From positions 1 to 64,000 of the forward strand of contig JBBQRQ010000015.1 in the NCBI GenBank assembly GCA_038214755.1: DNA of 64,000 nt, read 5' to 3'. Numbering within the stretch: the first letter of the stretch is position 1; each line of letters opens with the position of its first letter. Position numbers and translations under genes: made by a program. Of this stretch, positions 1 to 9,797 are shown one piece after another. Under the pieces are notes generated by a model that did no database searches, was not told where the DNA came from, and was given only the letters and a program-made list of their open reading frames with translations. The stretch is from Verrucomicrobiota bacterium (GTDB lineage Bacteria > Verrucomicrobiota > Verrucomicrobiia > Limisphaerales > CANJXF01).

Positions 1-245
1 ATTTGCCCGGCCATGACGCAGCGCGAAATCCCGCGGCTGGAAAAGGCGGAAATCATTTTGGAAAGCTGGCCGACTTTGAGCCAGATGATTTCATCCACCA
101 ATTTCGCGAGGGTTGGATCGGTTTCATTTTCAAAGGCGACAGCAACAAGCCGCTTAACTCCACCGTTGCGGGCTTGCCTGGCCAGTTCCAACGGGAGCGA
201 ACGACTTCCGGCGATGATTCCCAAACTCTCCTGCGATTCGACCAT
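1..245 (-). CDS. lpxI: UDP-2,3-diacylglucosamine diphosphatase LpxI (DUF1009), N-terminal part; runs off window
   Basis: Manual translation from ATG at 245: MVESQESLGIIAGSRSLPLELARQAR...VAVAFENETD...LKVGQLSKMI...CVMAGQ, matching the LpxI N-terminal pattern LGIIAGxxxLP...VMAG. Not in the ORF track because it has no stop in the window. Confidence 0.8.
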   Translation of the reverse strand, partial: MVESQESLGIIAGSRSLPLELARQARNGGVKRLVAVAFENETDPTLAKLVDEIIWLKVGQLSKMISAFSSRGISRCVMAGQ

Positions 246-451
246 GGGCTGGTTGATAGTGGATTGAGGGAGAATTGCCAATCCTGATGAACACAGGCTT
301 AAAGCGGTTGAATGTTTTTCGCACATCACTCAATAGGTGGCCAATCGTTTGCTTACCGCTCCTGAATTGAAAACTTTTCTACCGATTGGCTTGGCGAAAT
401 CGATTCGCGTTTGTGGCGCTGGTCCGAGCCAGATGTTTTTCCCTCCGAATA

Positions 452-823
452 ATGAATAAAACGATTTTTGTCGTGGAGGACGAAACAGATCTGCTTGATC
501 TCATTCGGGAAATTTTGCTCATGGAGAGCTACACCGTGTTAACCGCGAGTTCTTCAAATGAAGCGGCTGAAGTGTGGGAGAAAAATTCTGGGACGATTGA
601 TCTGCTCCTGACGGATCTCAGTTTGCCTGGCGGGATGACGGGTGCCGCGCTGGCGGAAAAACTCCGCGGCCAAAAACCGCTCCTCAAGGTGGTTTACTCC
701 AGCGGTCATCCCTCGGATATGCTTGACACCAAATTCGTGTTGCCGCTGGGGGCAAATTTTTTGCAAAAGCCATTTCATCCTGCCGCTCTCGCGGAGACTA
801 TAGAAAAAGCTTTAAGTTCTTAA
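452..823 (+). CDS. Single-domain response regulator (receiver)
   Basis: IFVVEDE, DLLLTDL, YSSG and FLQKPF receiver motifs; ATG 452 chosen within ORF 386..823. Confidence 0.85.
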   Translation: MNKTIFVVEDETDLLDLIREILLMESYTVLTASSSNEAAEVWEKNSGTIDLLLTDLSLPGGMTGAALAEKLRGQKPLLKVVYSSGHPSDMLDTKFVLPLGANFLQKPFHPAALAETIEKALSS

Positions 824-944
824 CCGCTTCTCCCCATTTCAATTCAATTGGATCTGGCCGGGATTGAGACACGGCTGTCTGCTTTCAAGATGTGCAACGT
901 TCCAACTCGACTTTGGGGGACGGGTTGTTCCTCCTTGAAGCGCG

Positions 945-1889
945 TTATTTCTCTTCCGCCATAAATCCCGCGACGAGAGGTCGATGGTCAGAACCAAGGC
1001 CCCAGTTTGTTGTAGTAACGACGAAAGTTTCCTCGGGCAGCCATTGTTTCTTCATACTTGAGCTGATCAATATGTAGTCGATGCGCGAATAGGTGTCCTC
1101 CTTCCCGTAATAGTGAGTCCAGGTGATATTCCTCGGCGCGAAACGTGGGTTGGGATTTGGTTGATTGTCGCCATTTCTTTCCGCTGGTCGTGTATCGAAC
1201 AAGGCGGTTTTTCCCCGACCTATTACGACTTTGGTTGAGCGCGAATCTTTGACATCGTTAAAATCGCCCAGAACGACCAGATGAATATTTGGTTGAGCGG
1301 CAGTCCGCGCGTCGATCAATTCGCGAAGCTTGATTGCTTCCTGTTCGCGCAAATCCGCCTCGTCCTCTTCGGGAACGGGCCGTCGCGATTTCAAGTGCGC
1401 GGTGATCAAGGTAAAGGAATATTTCGGGTTGATTTGAATATCCACCTCGGCAAATCCGCGGCTGATTTGAAAACGCCGTCCATTCAACAAGAAATTCTCG
1501 TTGGTGTGCGGTCGGCGCGCCGTAATGGGAAACTTGCTCAGGATCGCAACGTGAATATTGGTGTCATGCCCCGTGATGTGTTCCCATTGCGGATAATCGT
1601 GGCCTGCGGATTTTAATAAAGAACGTAAATCCAAAAGCGCGTTGGTATTGCCCATTTCCTGTAGCGCAATCACATCAGGTTTGGCGATGGAGATGCTTTC
1701 TACAATTCTGGCTTTGCTTTCAGAGGACTTGGCGGGGCGCGTTCCAGCGGGCGCATCGAGAAAGTTCTCCACATTATAAGTTGCCACGCGAAAAATTTCG
1801 CCCTCCGCCGAAAACTGGAAGATAAAACAAAGCGAGAAGACTACGCCCACTACGAGAATTTTTTGGCTTCCCTTCACACGCGGCTTCAT
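945..1889 (-). CDS. Exported endonuclease/exonuclease/phosphatase (EEP) family protein
   Basis: ATYNVEN, ALQE, AHLKS, LGDFND, RIDYIL and SDHRP motifs; hydrophobic N-terminus; start uncertain. Confidence 0.85.
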   Translation of the reverse strand: MKPRVKGSQKILVVGVVFSLCFIFQFSAEGEIFRVATYNVENFLDAPAGTRPAKSSESKARIVESISIAKPDVIALQEMGNTNALLDLRSLLKSAGHDYPQWEHITGHDTNIHVAILSKFPITARRPHTNENFLLNGRRFQISRGFAEVDIQINPKYSFTLITAHLKSRRPVPEEDEADLREQEAIKLRELIDARTAAQPNIHLVVLGDFNDVKDSRSTKVVIGRGKTALFDTRPAERNGDNQPNPNPRFAPRNITWTHYYGKEDTYSRIDYILISSSMKKQWLPEETFVVTTTNWGLGSDHRPLVAGFMAEEK

Positions 1890-2153
1890 AGTCATCCCTC
1901 GGCACGAAGTCAAAGGTGAAACAGGCTGGCCAACGACGACGAAACTTTGTTAGACGATTATCTTATTTCTTTGCCTTGGACTGTTGATTACGAGAAAGGA
2001 CCTTCCTGTGGACATCGGCATAATTTTGGACGCCAAATTTTTCAAGATTGTTGTGGTAAAATATTTTTCTTTTGCTAGATTCGCGCACTCTCAAATTTTG
2101 AGAAAGAGGAATATCCCAGAGCGGAAGAGTTTTTAAGCGACAAGTAACCAACT

Positions 2154-2756
2154 GTGACAACCAAGAAATCAACGAAAGTCCAAGCGAAGAAAAAGAAAGC
2201 CGCCCCCGCGCCGCATCGCAGCAAAACCCCCAGCGCCGCCACTTCTGCCTCCATTCTGGGCAAGCGTTCCATCAACCTCACGAAAAACGGCCAGGTCAGA
2301 GTGAAACCCGAATGGAAAAAATATTATGAGAATTTGCTCGAACTGCGCGAGCGATTGCGGCTGCAAATGAGCGGGCTGGCCAAAGAATCCGCGCAGGAAA
2401 TGTCCAACTACAGCCTGCACATGGCCGATTCCGGCACCGATAATTTTGATCGCGATTTTGCGCTCAGCCTCCTCTCCTCCGATCAGGACGCGGTTTACGA
2501 AATCGAAGAGGCGCTGAAGCGGATCGAAAAAAATACCTACGGCACCTGCGAGTTGACTGGAAAATCCATTCCGAAAGTCCGGCTCGATGCGATTCCCTGG
2601 ACGCGTTTCACCGTCGAAGCCCAGGCGCAATTGGAGCGGGATGGCGCGTTGCGGCAGCGGCGATTGGGCGCGCTCGGCACGGTGGACAGCGCCGGCGGAG
2701 TCGAAGTCGAAGAAGAGGAAGAAGGCGAAGACAAACCGGTCAAAGAGAAAGAATAA
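2154..2756 (+). CDS. dksA: DksA/TraR family RNA polymerase-binding protein with degenerate zinc finger
   Basis: Coiled coil with HMADSGTD tip, then [42 protein letters not shown]; Lys/Ala-rich N-terminus. Confidence 0.8.
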   Translation: MTTKKSTKVQAKKKKAAPAPHRSKTPSAATSASILGKRSINLTKNGQVRVKPEWKKYYENLLELRERLRLQMSGLAKESAQEMSNYSLHMADSGTDNFDRDFALSLLSSDQDAVYEIEEALKRIEKNTYGTCELTGKSIPKVRLDAIPWTRFTVEAQAQLERDGALRQRRLGALGTVDSAGGVEVEEEEEGEDKPVKEKE

Positions 2757-2760
2757 TTTT

Positions 2761-2928
2761 ATGGCGAGAGAGATCATCACAATCGAATGCACCGAAGCGC
2801 GCAAGTTGGGCAAGGCGCCTTCGCGTTACACCACGACACGAAACAAAAAACTCCAGACCGAAAAGCTGGAGATCAAAAAATATAATCCGTTCCTTCGCAA
2901 ACACACGCTGCACCGCGAGATTAAATAA
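2761..2928 (+). CDS. rpmG: 50S ribosomal protein L33
   Basis: [13 protein letters not shown]...YTTTRNKK...[21 protein letters not shown]. Confidence 0.95.
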   Translation: MAREIITIECTEARKLGKAPSRYTTTRNKKLQTEKLEIKKYNPFLRKHTLHREIK

Positions 2929-2933
2929 TTTTT

Positions 2934-3188
2934 ATGCCACGCAAAACTCACACAGACAAACCGGCCCGCGGCAAAAGTGGAACGACCGAAAACCGCACAC
3001 CGCGGCCCAAGCCCAAAATCGATTTCACGTTCGACGCGCTCGATTTCAAGAACGTCACTTTGCTCAAACAATTCGTGACTGATCAGGGCCGCATCCTTCC
3101 CCGCAAATACACCGGCTTGCCTTCTCACTATCAACGTCAGCTCAACCGTTCCATCAAACGCGCACGGCAAATGTTGTTGATGAAATAA
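2934..3188 (+). CDS. rpsR: 30S ribosomal protein S18
   Basis: DFKNVTLLKQFVTDQGRILPRKYTG...QRQLNRSIKRAR. Confidence 0.95.
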   Translation: MPRKTHTDKPARGKSGTTENRTPRPKPKIDFTFDALDFKNVTLLKQFVTDQGRILPRKYTGLPSHYQRQLNRSIKRARQMLLMK

Positions 3189-3208
3189 GTCAGGGAAAGT
3201 TTTTCTCT

Positions 3209-3248
3209 CTCCGCCTTTGAATGTTTCAAAGGCGGAGTTTTTGTTTTC
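3209..3248 (+). terminator. Intrinsic terminator after rpsR
   Basis: CTCCGCCTTTGAA-TGT-TTCAAAGGCGGAG stem followed by a T-rich tract. Confidence 0.85.
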
Positions 3249-3313
3249 TGCCTTCTCCGTCAGTTCGCGAATTTTTTGTTCCTGGATATTTTTCGTGGGG
3301 ATTCAACCGATTT

Positions 3314-3437
3314 TTACCGCAAAGGACGCAAAGGTTTTCGCAGAGGAACGCAGAGGAAAGAAGCTTAATGCCAGATGAATTTCTTTTACGATCTGGCTTT
3401 GCGGCCTCTGCGTGAACCTTTGCGGCCTCTGCGTTAA
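3314..3437. repeat. Palindromic intergenic repeat, family E (ACGCAAAGG/CGCAGAGG arms)
   Basis: Imperfect inverted arms; near-copies at 20756-20872 and 58861-58953. Confidence 0.75.
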
Positions 3438-3561
3438 TCCCGGAACCAAGTCGATCCAATAAATTTCTATGACCCAGAAGGAACCTCGAAGAAGCATTTT
3501 TTGTCCACCAGAAAAAAGGTTCAAATCTTTTTGAATCCGTGCAATCTCTGGCGCGTTCAAC

Positions 3562-4287
3562 ATGACTTATCTCCTTTTGTTTCTGTCCGTCGCTCTCGGA
3601 GTGGTGATCGTTCTTCTGTTCCAGCCGCAGGACAAACGGAAGATCAAGATGCTGATTTCGTTTGCGGGCGCTTACATCTTCACCATCACTGTTCTTCACC
3701 TTTTGCCCGAAGCTTACGGCGCAACCACTCCCGCTCTTTCGGGCAGCGTTGATCCGGGATTCAAAATTGGCCTGTTGGTGCTCGCCGGTTTTTTTGTCCA
3801 GCTACTCCTGGAGTTTTTTTCGCACGGCATCGAACATGGCCACGTGCATCATGAACATTCGGCAAAGGTTCCGTTGGGCATGATGTTTGGCCTGTGCGTT
3901 CACGCCTTGCTCGAAGGACTGCCCCTCGGTGGTCATGTCGGTCACGAACATGCCGGACGAATGCTCCTGGCCGGAATCATCATTCACAACATTCCCGTCT
4001 CGATTGTCCTGCTGACGATGCTGCTGCACAACGGCGTCGCGCGAGACAAGGCTTTAATCTGGATGTTGATCTTCGCTCTGATGTCGCCCCTCGGCGCAGG
4101 CTTGAGCGACTTCGCGGGAAATTTGGAAAAATACAGTCACGAGTTGATGGCCGTTGTCATCGGAATTTTTCTGCACATCTCCACCACCATTCTTTTCGAG
4201 AGCAGCGATGAACACCGGCTCAACCGCTTGAAGATGCTGGCCATTGCGGCGGGCGCGGGCATCGCCATTGTGACGAGCCGACTATAA
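3562..4287 (+). CDS. ZIP family divalent metal (Zn/Fe/Mn) transporter
   Basis: Multiple TM segments, LHLLPEA, His-rich loop HGIEHGHVHHEH, HALLEG, HNIPV. Confidence 0.85.
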   Translation: MTYLLLFLSVALGVVIVLLFQPQDKRKIKMLISFAGAYIFTITVLHLLPEAYGATTPALSGSVDPGFKIGLLVLAGFFVQLLLEFFSHGIEHGHVHHEHSAKVPLGMMFGLCVHALLEGLPLGGHVGHEHAGRMLLAGIIIHNIPVSIVLLTMLLHNGVARDKALIWMLIFALMSPLGAGLSDFAGNLEKYSHELMAVVIGIFLHISTTILFESSDEHRLNRLKMLAIAAGAGIAIVTSRL

Positions 4288-4495
4288 AATATTTGGGTGG
4301 TGCGGTCTTAAATCTTTTATCACTGCCCAAAATTTCGTCAGTGGCTTCCATCCCAACCGGATTAAAATCCATCAGCCTGGCGTTGCGAGGAACGAACTAC
4401 GCTCGTTCATCTTGCGAAATAACGGAACGCCGATCTCCTGATCGGCTCGCGGAAGATAAGGAGTAAACGTCCTTCGAAAAGCCATCGGGCAGAAG

Positions 4496-5542
4496 TTACT
4501 TGAACCGCTCGGGATGTTTCGCGCGGCTGATTGCGGTGTCGTAGCTGATCTGGCACTTGCAATAAAGATCGTAGAGGCTCGTGTCCATCAACTGCATTCC
4601 ATCTTTGGCGCCGGTTTGAATGCTGTTTTCAATCTGATGCAGTTGGTTTTCGCGAATGAGATTTCGAATCGCGGTAGAAGCGACCAGCATTTCATAGGCG
4701 AGAACGCGCTTGGAACGGTCCGCCGACGGAACTAAATCCTGCGCGATGACGGCCTGAAGCGCGTTGGCCAGTTGCAGAACAATTTGGCGCTGCGCGTTTC
4801 CCTCGTAAACGCCGATGATGCGTTCCAAAGCGTGGGCCACATTGGGTGAATGCAGCGTCGCCAAAACGAGGTGGCCGGTTTCGGCGGCGGTGATGGCGGT
4901 GGAAATCGCTTCGTGATCGCGAATTTCTCCTACGACAATCACATCCGGGTCCTGACGCAAGACGTGGATCAACGCGCGATTGAACGAATGCGTATCGGTC
5001 AAAACTTCCTGCTGCACAATGATGGCGCGTTTGTTGTGATGCACAAATTCAATCGGGTCTTCGATCGTGACGATTTTGCAGCGACGCTCTTCGTTAATGA
5101 GGTTGACCAGATAATTGAGCGTCGTGGTTTTGCCGGCGCCGGTCGGACCGGTAATTAAAAGAAGGCCGTTTGGCCGTCGCGCAAACTCATCCAATTTCAC
5201 GGGCAAACCTAATTCTTCCCGCGAGCGGATTTTTTCGCCGCAAAACCGAATGCTCAATTCCGGCGACCCGTTGCGTTGATAAAAAGTGACGCGCATCCGG
5301 CCCGCCACTTCATGGAAAATTGAAACGCAAAGCTCCCATTCCTTTTTGAATTTGTCCGTCTGCTCGTCGTTCATCAACGTGGCCGAGATGTAACGCAACT
5401 CGTCGCTCGTCATGGCATCTTCGTCGGCGAGAATGATCTCTCCATTGACGCGCAGCGCTGCGGGAACTCCCGCGATGAGATGCAAATCAGACGCGCCGAG
5501 GTTACTGGCCTTGATGAGCAGGCAATCGAGTTTAGGACTCAT
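4496..5542 (-). CDS. pilT: PilT-family retraction ATPase
   Basis: ASDLHL, Walker A GPTGAGKTTT, TIEDPIEF, LRQDPDVIVVGEIRD, ETGHLVLATLH and the PilT signature AIRNLIRE. Confidence 0.9.
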   Translation of the reverse strand: MSPKLDCLLIKASNLGASDLHLIAGVPAALRVNGEIILADEDAMTSDELRYISATLMNDEQTDKFKKEWELCVSIFHEVAGRMRVTFYQRNGSPELSIRFCGEKIRSREELGLPVKLDEFARRPNGLLLITGPTGAGKTTTLNYLVNLINEERRCKIVTIEDPIEFVHHNKRAIIVQQEVLTDTHSFNRALIHVLRQDPDVIVVGEIRDHEAISTAITAAETGHLVLATLHSPNVAHALERIIGVYEGNAQRQIVLQLANALQAVIAQDLVPSADRSKRVLAYEMLVASTAIRNLIRENQLHQIENSIQTGAKDGMQLMDTSLYDLYCKCQISYDTAISRAKHPERFK

Positions 5543-6314
5543 GCGAAACGAAAAGTTGTTTGAGACGGCCAAAAGTTTTGGAAAGGAGACCGGTGTTTGA
5601 AATGGTATTCAACGCGGCATGAACTTCGGGACAATGCGGATTCAACTGCCGCGCTTGCACAAAAGAATTCTCCGCCAGAACGATCAGACCCATCGCCAAC
5701 TGACAATGCCCGGACTGGGCCCAGACGACGGCATTGCCCGGATTGAGATTCAACGCTTCTTGCGCATGTTTCAGAGCCAGAGAAAATTTTTTGTAAAAAG
5801 AATAAATACGCGAGGCGAGCCATTGAATGAACCAATCGGCGGGCGCGAGAATGATCGCCTTTTGCAAACAATATTCGGCGCGTTTTTCCGCGCGCGCGAG
5901 CAGGACATCGCCGCGCGCCAGCCAGACGTAAGGGGTATCGCCGCGCTCTTCAATGGACGCATCGGAAAATGCCAGCGCCGCTTTCAAATCGCCCAAACGA
6001 CCGAGCGCCACCGCTTTGGCCGCGAGCAATTCCGGCTCGGTCGGAAATTTTTCCAGCGCTTTATCGGCCCACAATTTTGCTTCGAGAAATTCGCCCAGTT
6101 CAATCAACATGCGAACCTGTCCAGTCCAGGCGGCGGCGTTTTTTGGATTAAACTCCAGCACCTTGGCAAAAGAACGCAGACCTTGCTCGAACTCCGCTGA
6201 GGCAAAAGCTTCCTTCGCCTGCGCCATATAAAAATCCTCATCTTTATGGACCGGCAACTCCGATCCAAACTCCTCGGAGTTTTGTCCAAATTCCAAACTG
6301 TTAAATCGGCTCAT
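5532..6314 (-). CDS. Tetratricopeptide repeat protein
   Basis: Repeated TPR-like helices (FAKVLEFNPKNAAAW, ALNLNPGNAVVW, ARQLNPHCPE); ATGA overlap with the upstream gene. Confidence 0.85.
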   Translation of the reverse strand: MSRFNSLEFGQNSEEFGSELPVHKDEDFYMAQAKEAFASAEFEQGLRSFAKVLEFNPKNAAAWTGQVRMLIELGEFLEAKLWADKALEKFPTEPELLAAKAVALGRLGDLKAALAFSDASIEERGDTPYVWLARGDVLLARAEKRAEYCLQKAIILAPADWFIQWLASRIYSFYKKFSLALKHAQEALNLNPGNAVVWAQSGHCQLAMGLIVLAENSFVQARQLNPHCPEVHAALNTISNTGLLSKTFGRLKQLFVSHES

Positions 6315-7210
6315 GGCAAGATTTGTTTGCGCCAAAACCACGATGCGAACGGCGTTCCCACAAAATTGCTTTGAGCAATCAGCGCTCTGTTTTTCAGAAA
6401 TCCGTCCACTTGCATAATGGCGGCCGTATCGCTCTGAAAGCTCATGGCCAAATCCGGCCAGATGAACCAGTGCTTTTCTGGAATGACCATTTCCGTATTT
6501 TTCGGCATTCGTGCTTCGCGAGCAAAACTCAGATCGTTCACAAAAAAATTTGTTTCGGAAAAACGCAAGATGTCACCCGGCAAACCGAGAATCTGTCCGA
6601 AACTAAATCCCTCCCGCAGGATAATAGTTCCGTGCGCTTGCGCGTTTTGAAAACTCCCTGACCTTTCCGGCACATGATAAGCGATCCAATTTCCGCGACG
6701 CAATTTTTCAAATGAAGCGCGGGTATTAACGACGATCACCTGCGAATGGGTGCGCAGGGGCATGACATTTTTTTGAATTTCGCGTCGAATCGGCCAATAA
6801 ACCAACGCCGAAACCGCCACTAAAATAAAGATGGCAGCAGCGAGACGAGCGACCACCGTCCACTCAGGAATTAAACGGCGCAGCAGAAAAAGAATGCTGG
6901 TGACATGCAACGAGAGCATCAGGCCGAAAGAATAGTTGGCGACGGAATAACCGAGGCAAATCAGAAAGACAAATCCGCAGAGAAAATAACTCACCATCAT
7001 TACAGTGCCAATTCTTGGGAGACCGAGGCGGCGCACGGAATAACCCGGCAGCAGTAACGCGAGAATGGTGTCGCCCGATCCCAGGACTTGCCCAAAGTTT
7101 ATCGGACGCATTATTGCGCGAAGAACCAGTCCGAGCCGAATGCTTCGCACGCGAATCGCGCTAAACCAATTTGCGCGCGGTGGATAGAACTCTGATGGAT
7201 TGCTGTTCAT
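6311..7210 (-). CDS. Membrane protein with C-terminal S26 signal-peptidase-like domain, catalytic residues apparently absent
   Basis: About 4 N-terminal TM segments, then LRRGNWIAY, GQILGLPGD, FFVND and VIPEKHWFIWPD, resembling S26 boxes. Confidence 0.6.
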   Translation of the reverse strand: MNSNPSEFYPPRANWFSAIRVRSIRLGLVLRAIMRPINFGQVLGSGDTILALLLPGYSVRRLGLPRIGTVMMVSYFLCGFVFLICLGYSVANYSFGLMLSLHVTSILFLLRRLIPEWTVVARLAAAIFILVAVSALVYWPIRREIQKNVMPLRTHSQVIVVNTRASFEKLRRGNWIAYHVPERSGSFQNAQAHGTIILREGFSFGQILGLPGDILRFSETNFFVNDLSFAREARMPKNTEMVIPEKHWFIWPDLAMSFQSDTAAIMQVDGFLKNRALIAQSNFVGTPFASWFWRKQILP

Positions 7211-7411
7211 TCAATGTCGTTGCTCCGCGTTGTAGCGCACTTCTTCTTCCGGTTCGTAAAACTCGCTCGTGTTCTGCTGCGATTTTAATTCGCCGACGAT
7301 TTGCTCAAACAGCTTCATCGCTTCGAGACAGCGTTTGCCTTTGTAACCTTGCACGTGCAATTCCACGCTGCCGTCGGGAGCGATGGTGATGTCAAATTCG
7401 CGTTGGGGCAT
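7211..7411 (-). CDS. DUF2997 family small protein
   Basis: ITIAPDGSVELHVQGYKGKRCLEAMKLFEQIVG...TSEFY pattern; next to DUF1257 and Ycf46 genes. Confidence 0.85.
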   Translation of the reverse strand: MPQREFDITIAPDGSVELHVQGYKGKRCLEAMKLFEQIVGELKSQQNTSEFYEPEEEVRYNAEQRH

Positions 7412-7423
7412 AAATTTTTATTT

Positions 7424-7490
7424 GTAGCGGCGTGTCTGTGACCGCCGCTCAAATTATCGTGGTTTGCGGCGCACACACACACGCCGCTAC
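7424..7490. repeat. GTAG-type REP doublet
   Basis: GTAGCGGCGTGT...ACACGCCGCTAC inverted arms between operon genes. Confidence 0.75.
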
Positions 7491-7494
7491 AAAT

Positions 7495-7968
7495 TTAATT
7501 TTCCCAGCGCCGCACTTTCATGCGGATGGAATTATCCTCGGTCGTTTCCTCTTCCACGACGCAGAATTGGCGTTTCTGCATTTCCTCCATGAGTTTTTGA
7601 TAAACGTATTTTTGCACGACGCGTTGGCTCAACTCTTCGCCCATCGTGCGCAGAGACGCTTCGCTGTGTCCCAGGCCTTCCACGCACAGCGACGCTTTTC
7701 CGCGCGCATCACGAGAGAACGTCACCACAACGCCATCGCGAGTGACGGAAATTTTTTGGTCGCGCGCCAGTTGGCCGGTGACGAGTTCGCTTTGTTCGAT
7801 TTCCAGGTTGATTCGCTTCGGCGCGTCGGTGGTTTTTTCAAAGGCGGGCACTTGAAGTGTTTCTTCGACGGCGACGTAACCGAGCGAGGTCGCGGCCGCG
7901 ACTACAGCCGCGCTGAACGCAGGCCACGCCGCAATGACCACCGGAGTTAAAATACAAACGCAGCTCAT
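7495..7968 (-). CDS. DUF1257 (Ycf35-like) protein
   Basis: C-terminal QKYVYQKLMEEMQKRQFCVVEEETTEDNSIRMKVRRW pattern; gene context. Confidence 0.75.
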   Translation of the reverse strand: MSCVCILTPVVIAAWPAFSAAVVAAATSLGYVAVEETLQVPAFEKTTDAPKRINLEIEQSELVTGQLARDQKISVTRDGVVVTFSRDARGKASLCVEGLGHSEASLRTMGEELSQRVVQKYVYQKLMEEMQKRQFCVVEEETTEDNSIRMKVRRWEN

Positions 7969-7969
7969 T

Positions 7970-8239
7970 TTAATTTTTTGCTTTCACTAACTTTGACCGT
8001 GCTCGGATGATTTCGTTACGCGACATTTCTTTAGGTTTGAATTTCTCTTTGGGCTGCTTTCTCCCAGCCAAAAACCGACCCAGGCTCAAACACAACCAGA
8101 ACAATAATCCGAAACCTAAAATGGCTGCGGCGATTTGCCAAAAGCTGCCCACCAGAATGAATCCAACAAACACGGCGACGAACAAACCGCCGGTCTTGCC
8201 GTTGTCTTTGAGCGCGAGGAAAAAACTTTTGAGGTCCAT
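7970..8239 (-). CDS. Small two-TM membrane protein
   Basis: Two hydrophobic stretches and a basic tail; fills the gap between the AAA gene and DUF1257 with 1-4 nt spacing. Confidence 0.6.
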   Translation of the reverse strand: MDLKSFFLALKDNGKTGGLFVAVFVGFILVGSFWQIAAAILGFGLLFWLCLSLGRFLAGRKQPKEKFKPKEMSRNEIIRARSKLVKAKN

Positions 8240-8243
8240 GGGA

Positions 8244-9797
8244 TCAAAACTCCATTCGTCGTCGTTCGTTTTCATTCGGGGAATTTCGCGCGACACTGGC
8301 ATTTCGCGCCCGGCCTTCCGCCCAATTGCGCAAGCGACTGATTTGTTCGTCCATCGTTTTGGACAGAGGAACGGTTTCGCGCACCGCGTGCAAAATATGT
8401 TCGGTGGTCAGTTCGTGTTGAGAGGAAAAAGCGTCATACAAGGCGCTGATAATCGATTCCTCAATTTCCGCGCCGCTGTATTCTTTGCTGCACGCGGCGA
8501 GCGCTTTGAGATCAAAATTTTCCGGGGCGCGCTTGCGTTTGGCTAAATGAATTCGGAAAATTTCTTCGCGCTCAACTTCACTTGGCAAATCGACAAAAAA
8601 GATTTCGTCCAACCGGCCTTTGCGCATCAGTTCGGGCGGAAGTTGCGAAATGTCATTGGCCGTCGCAACCACAAACACCGGCGCGGTTTTATCCGAAAGC
8701 CACGTGAGAAAAGTTCCGAAGACGCGCGCGGTCGTCCCGCCATCAGTTGAGCCAGAGCCTTGCGAACCGGCGAAGGCTTTGTCGATTTCGTCCACCCAGA
8801 GGATCGCGGGCGCAACCGATTCCGCGACAGCGATGGCGCGCCGGACATTCTCTTCAGACGAACCGACAAGGCTGTTGAACATTCGACCCATATCGAAACG
8901 GAGCAGGGGAAGCTGCCACAAAGTTGAGACCGCTTTGGCAGAAAGACTTTTCCCGCAGCCCTGCACGCCGAGCATCAAAATCCCTTTCGGCGCAGGCAAA
9001 CCGAACTCGCGCGCTTGCGCCGTGAATGCGACCGCCCGTTTGTCGAGCCACTCTTTGAGAACGGACAAGCCGCCAACGTTCGAGAAGGTTTCGTCAGTTG
9101 CGAAATAATCCAGCAAACCACTTTTGCGAATGATTTGTTGTTTCTCGGCGAAAACTTCATTCACATCCTCGCCGCTCAAGCGCTCATCTTTGACAATTAT
9201 TTTTGCGAAAACATTTTCTGCCTCGCCCAAGGTGAGGCCGAGCGCGGCTTGCAACAATCGTTCGCGGCCTGTCTCATCCAAATCGATCTTCACCTGCCGA
9301 AATTGTTTCACGTCTTCGATAATTTTATCGAGGAGAGCGCTGAGATCATCTCGCGCCGGCAACGGAAAATTCAGCAGCGTAATTTCTTTTTCCAGTTCCG
9401 TGGGAATTTCCATGGTCGGGGAAACAAGGATGATCGTCTTAAAACTATTCTTCAGATGGATCGCGATTTCCTTCAGTTTGCGAATGATGGCAAAATTATT
9501 TCGGGTCAAAAATGGATGGAAATCTTTGAAAATGAAAATCGCCGGTTCGACTTGTTCGATGACCTGGTCGAGGGCGGTCAGCGGATCTTTGGTCGCGGCG
9601 TTGCGATTTTTTTGCGATTGAATCGAAGTTCCGGCGGGAACAATTCCCGTCGTGAAACTCCATTCAAAAACTTTCTTTTGCCGATGTTGGGCGATCTCCA
9701 CGACCATGTTTTGCACCCGCATTTCCTCACTGGAAACGACGTAAAGAATCGGGTAACGAGCGCGGATAAGCGTTTCAATTTCCTTTTGTAGTTTCAT
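8244..9797 (-). CDS. Ycf46-family AAA+ ATPase
   Basis: Degenerate N-terminal AAA module ([18 protein letters not shown]), then [12 protein letters not shown], Walker A GVQGCGKS, Walker B WVDEIDK and [16 protein letters not shown]. Confidence 0.9.
   Translation of the reverse strand: MKLQKEIETLIRARYPILYVVSSEEMRVQNMVVEIAQHRQKKVFEWSFTTGIVPAGTSIQSQKNRNAATKDPLTALDQVIEQVEPAIFIFKDFHPFLTRNNFAIIRKLKEIAIHLKNSFKTIILVSPTMEIPTELEKEITLLNFPLPARDDLSALLDKIIEDVKQFRQVKIDLDETGRERLLQAALGLTLGEAENVFAKIIVKDERLSGEDVNEVFAEKQQIIRKSGLLDYFATDETFSNVGGLSVLKEWLDKRAVAFTAQAREFGLPAPKGILMLGVQGCGKSLSAKAVSTLWQLPLLRFDMGRMFNSLVGSSEENVRRAIAVAESVAPAILWVDEIDKAFAGSQGSGSTDGGTTARVFGTFLTWLSDKTAPVFVVATANDISQLPPELMRKGRLDEIFFVDLPSEVEREEIFRIHLAKRKRAPENFDLKALAACSKEYSGAEIEESIISALYDAFSSQHELTTEHILHAVRETVPLSKTMDEQISRLRNWAEGRARNASVARNSPNENERRRMEF

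Noticed and set aside
3..287. Plus-strand ORFs at the window start
   Set aside because: Antisense to the lpxI fragment, which has a clear family motif.
3226..3699. ORFs spanning family E repeats (also 58506-59106, 21574-22086, 11111-11579)
   Set aside because: Spurious frames produced by palindromic repeats and overlap with real genes.
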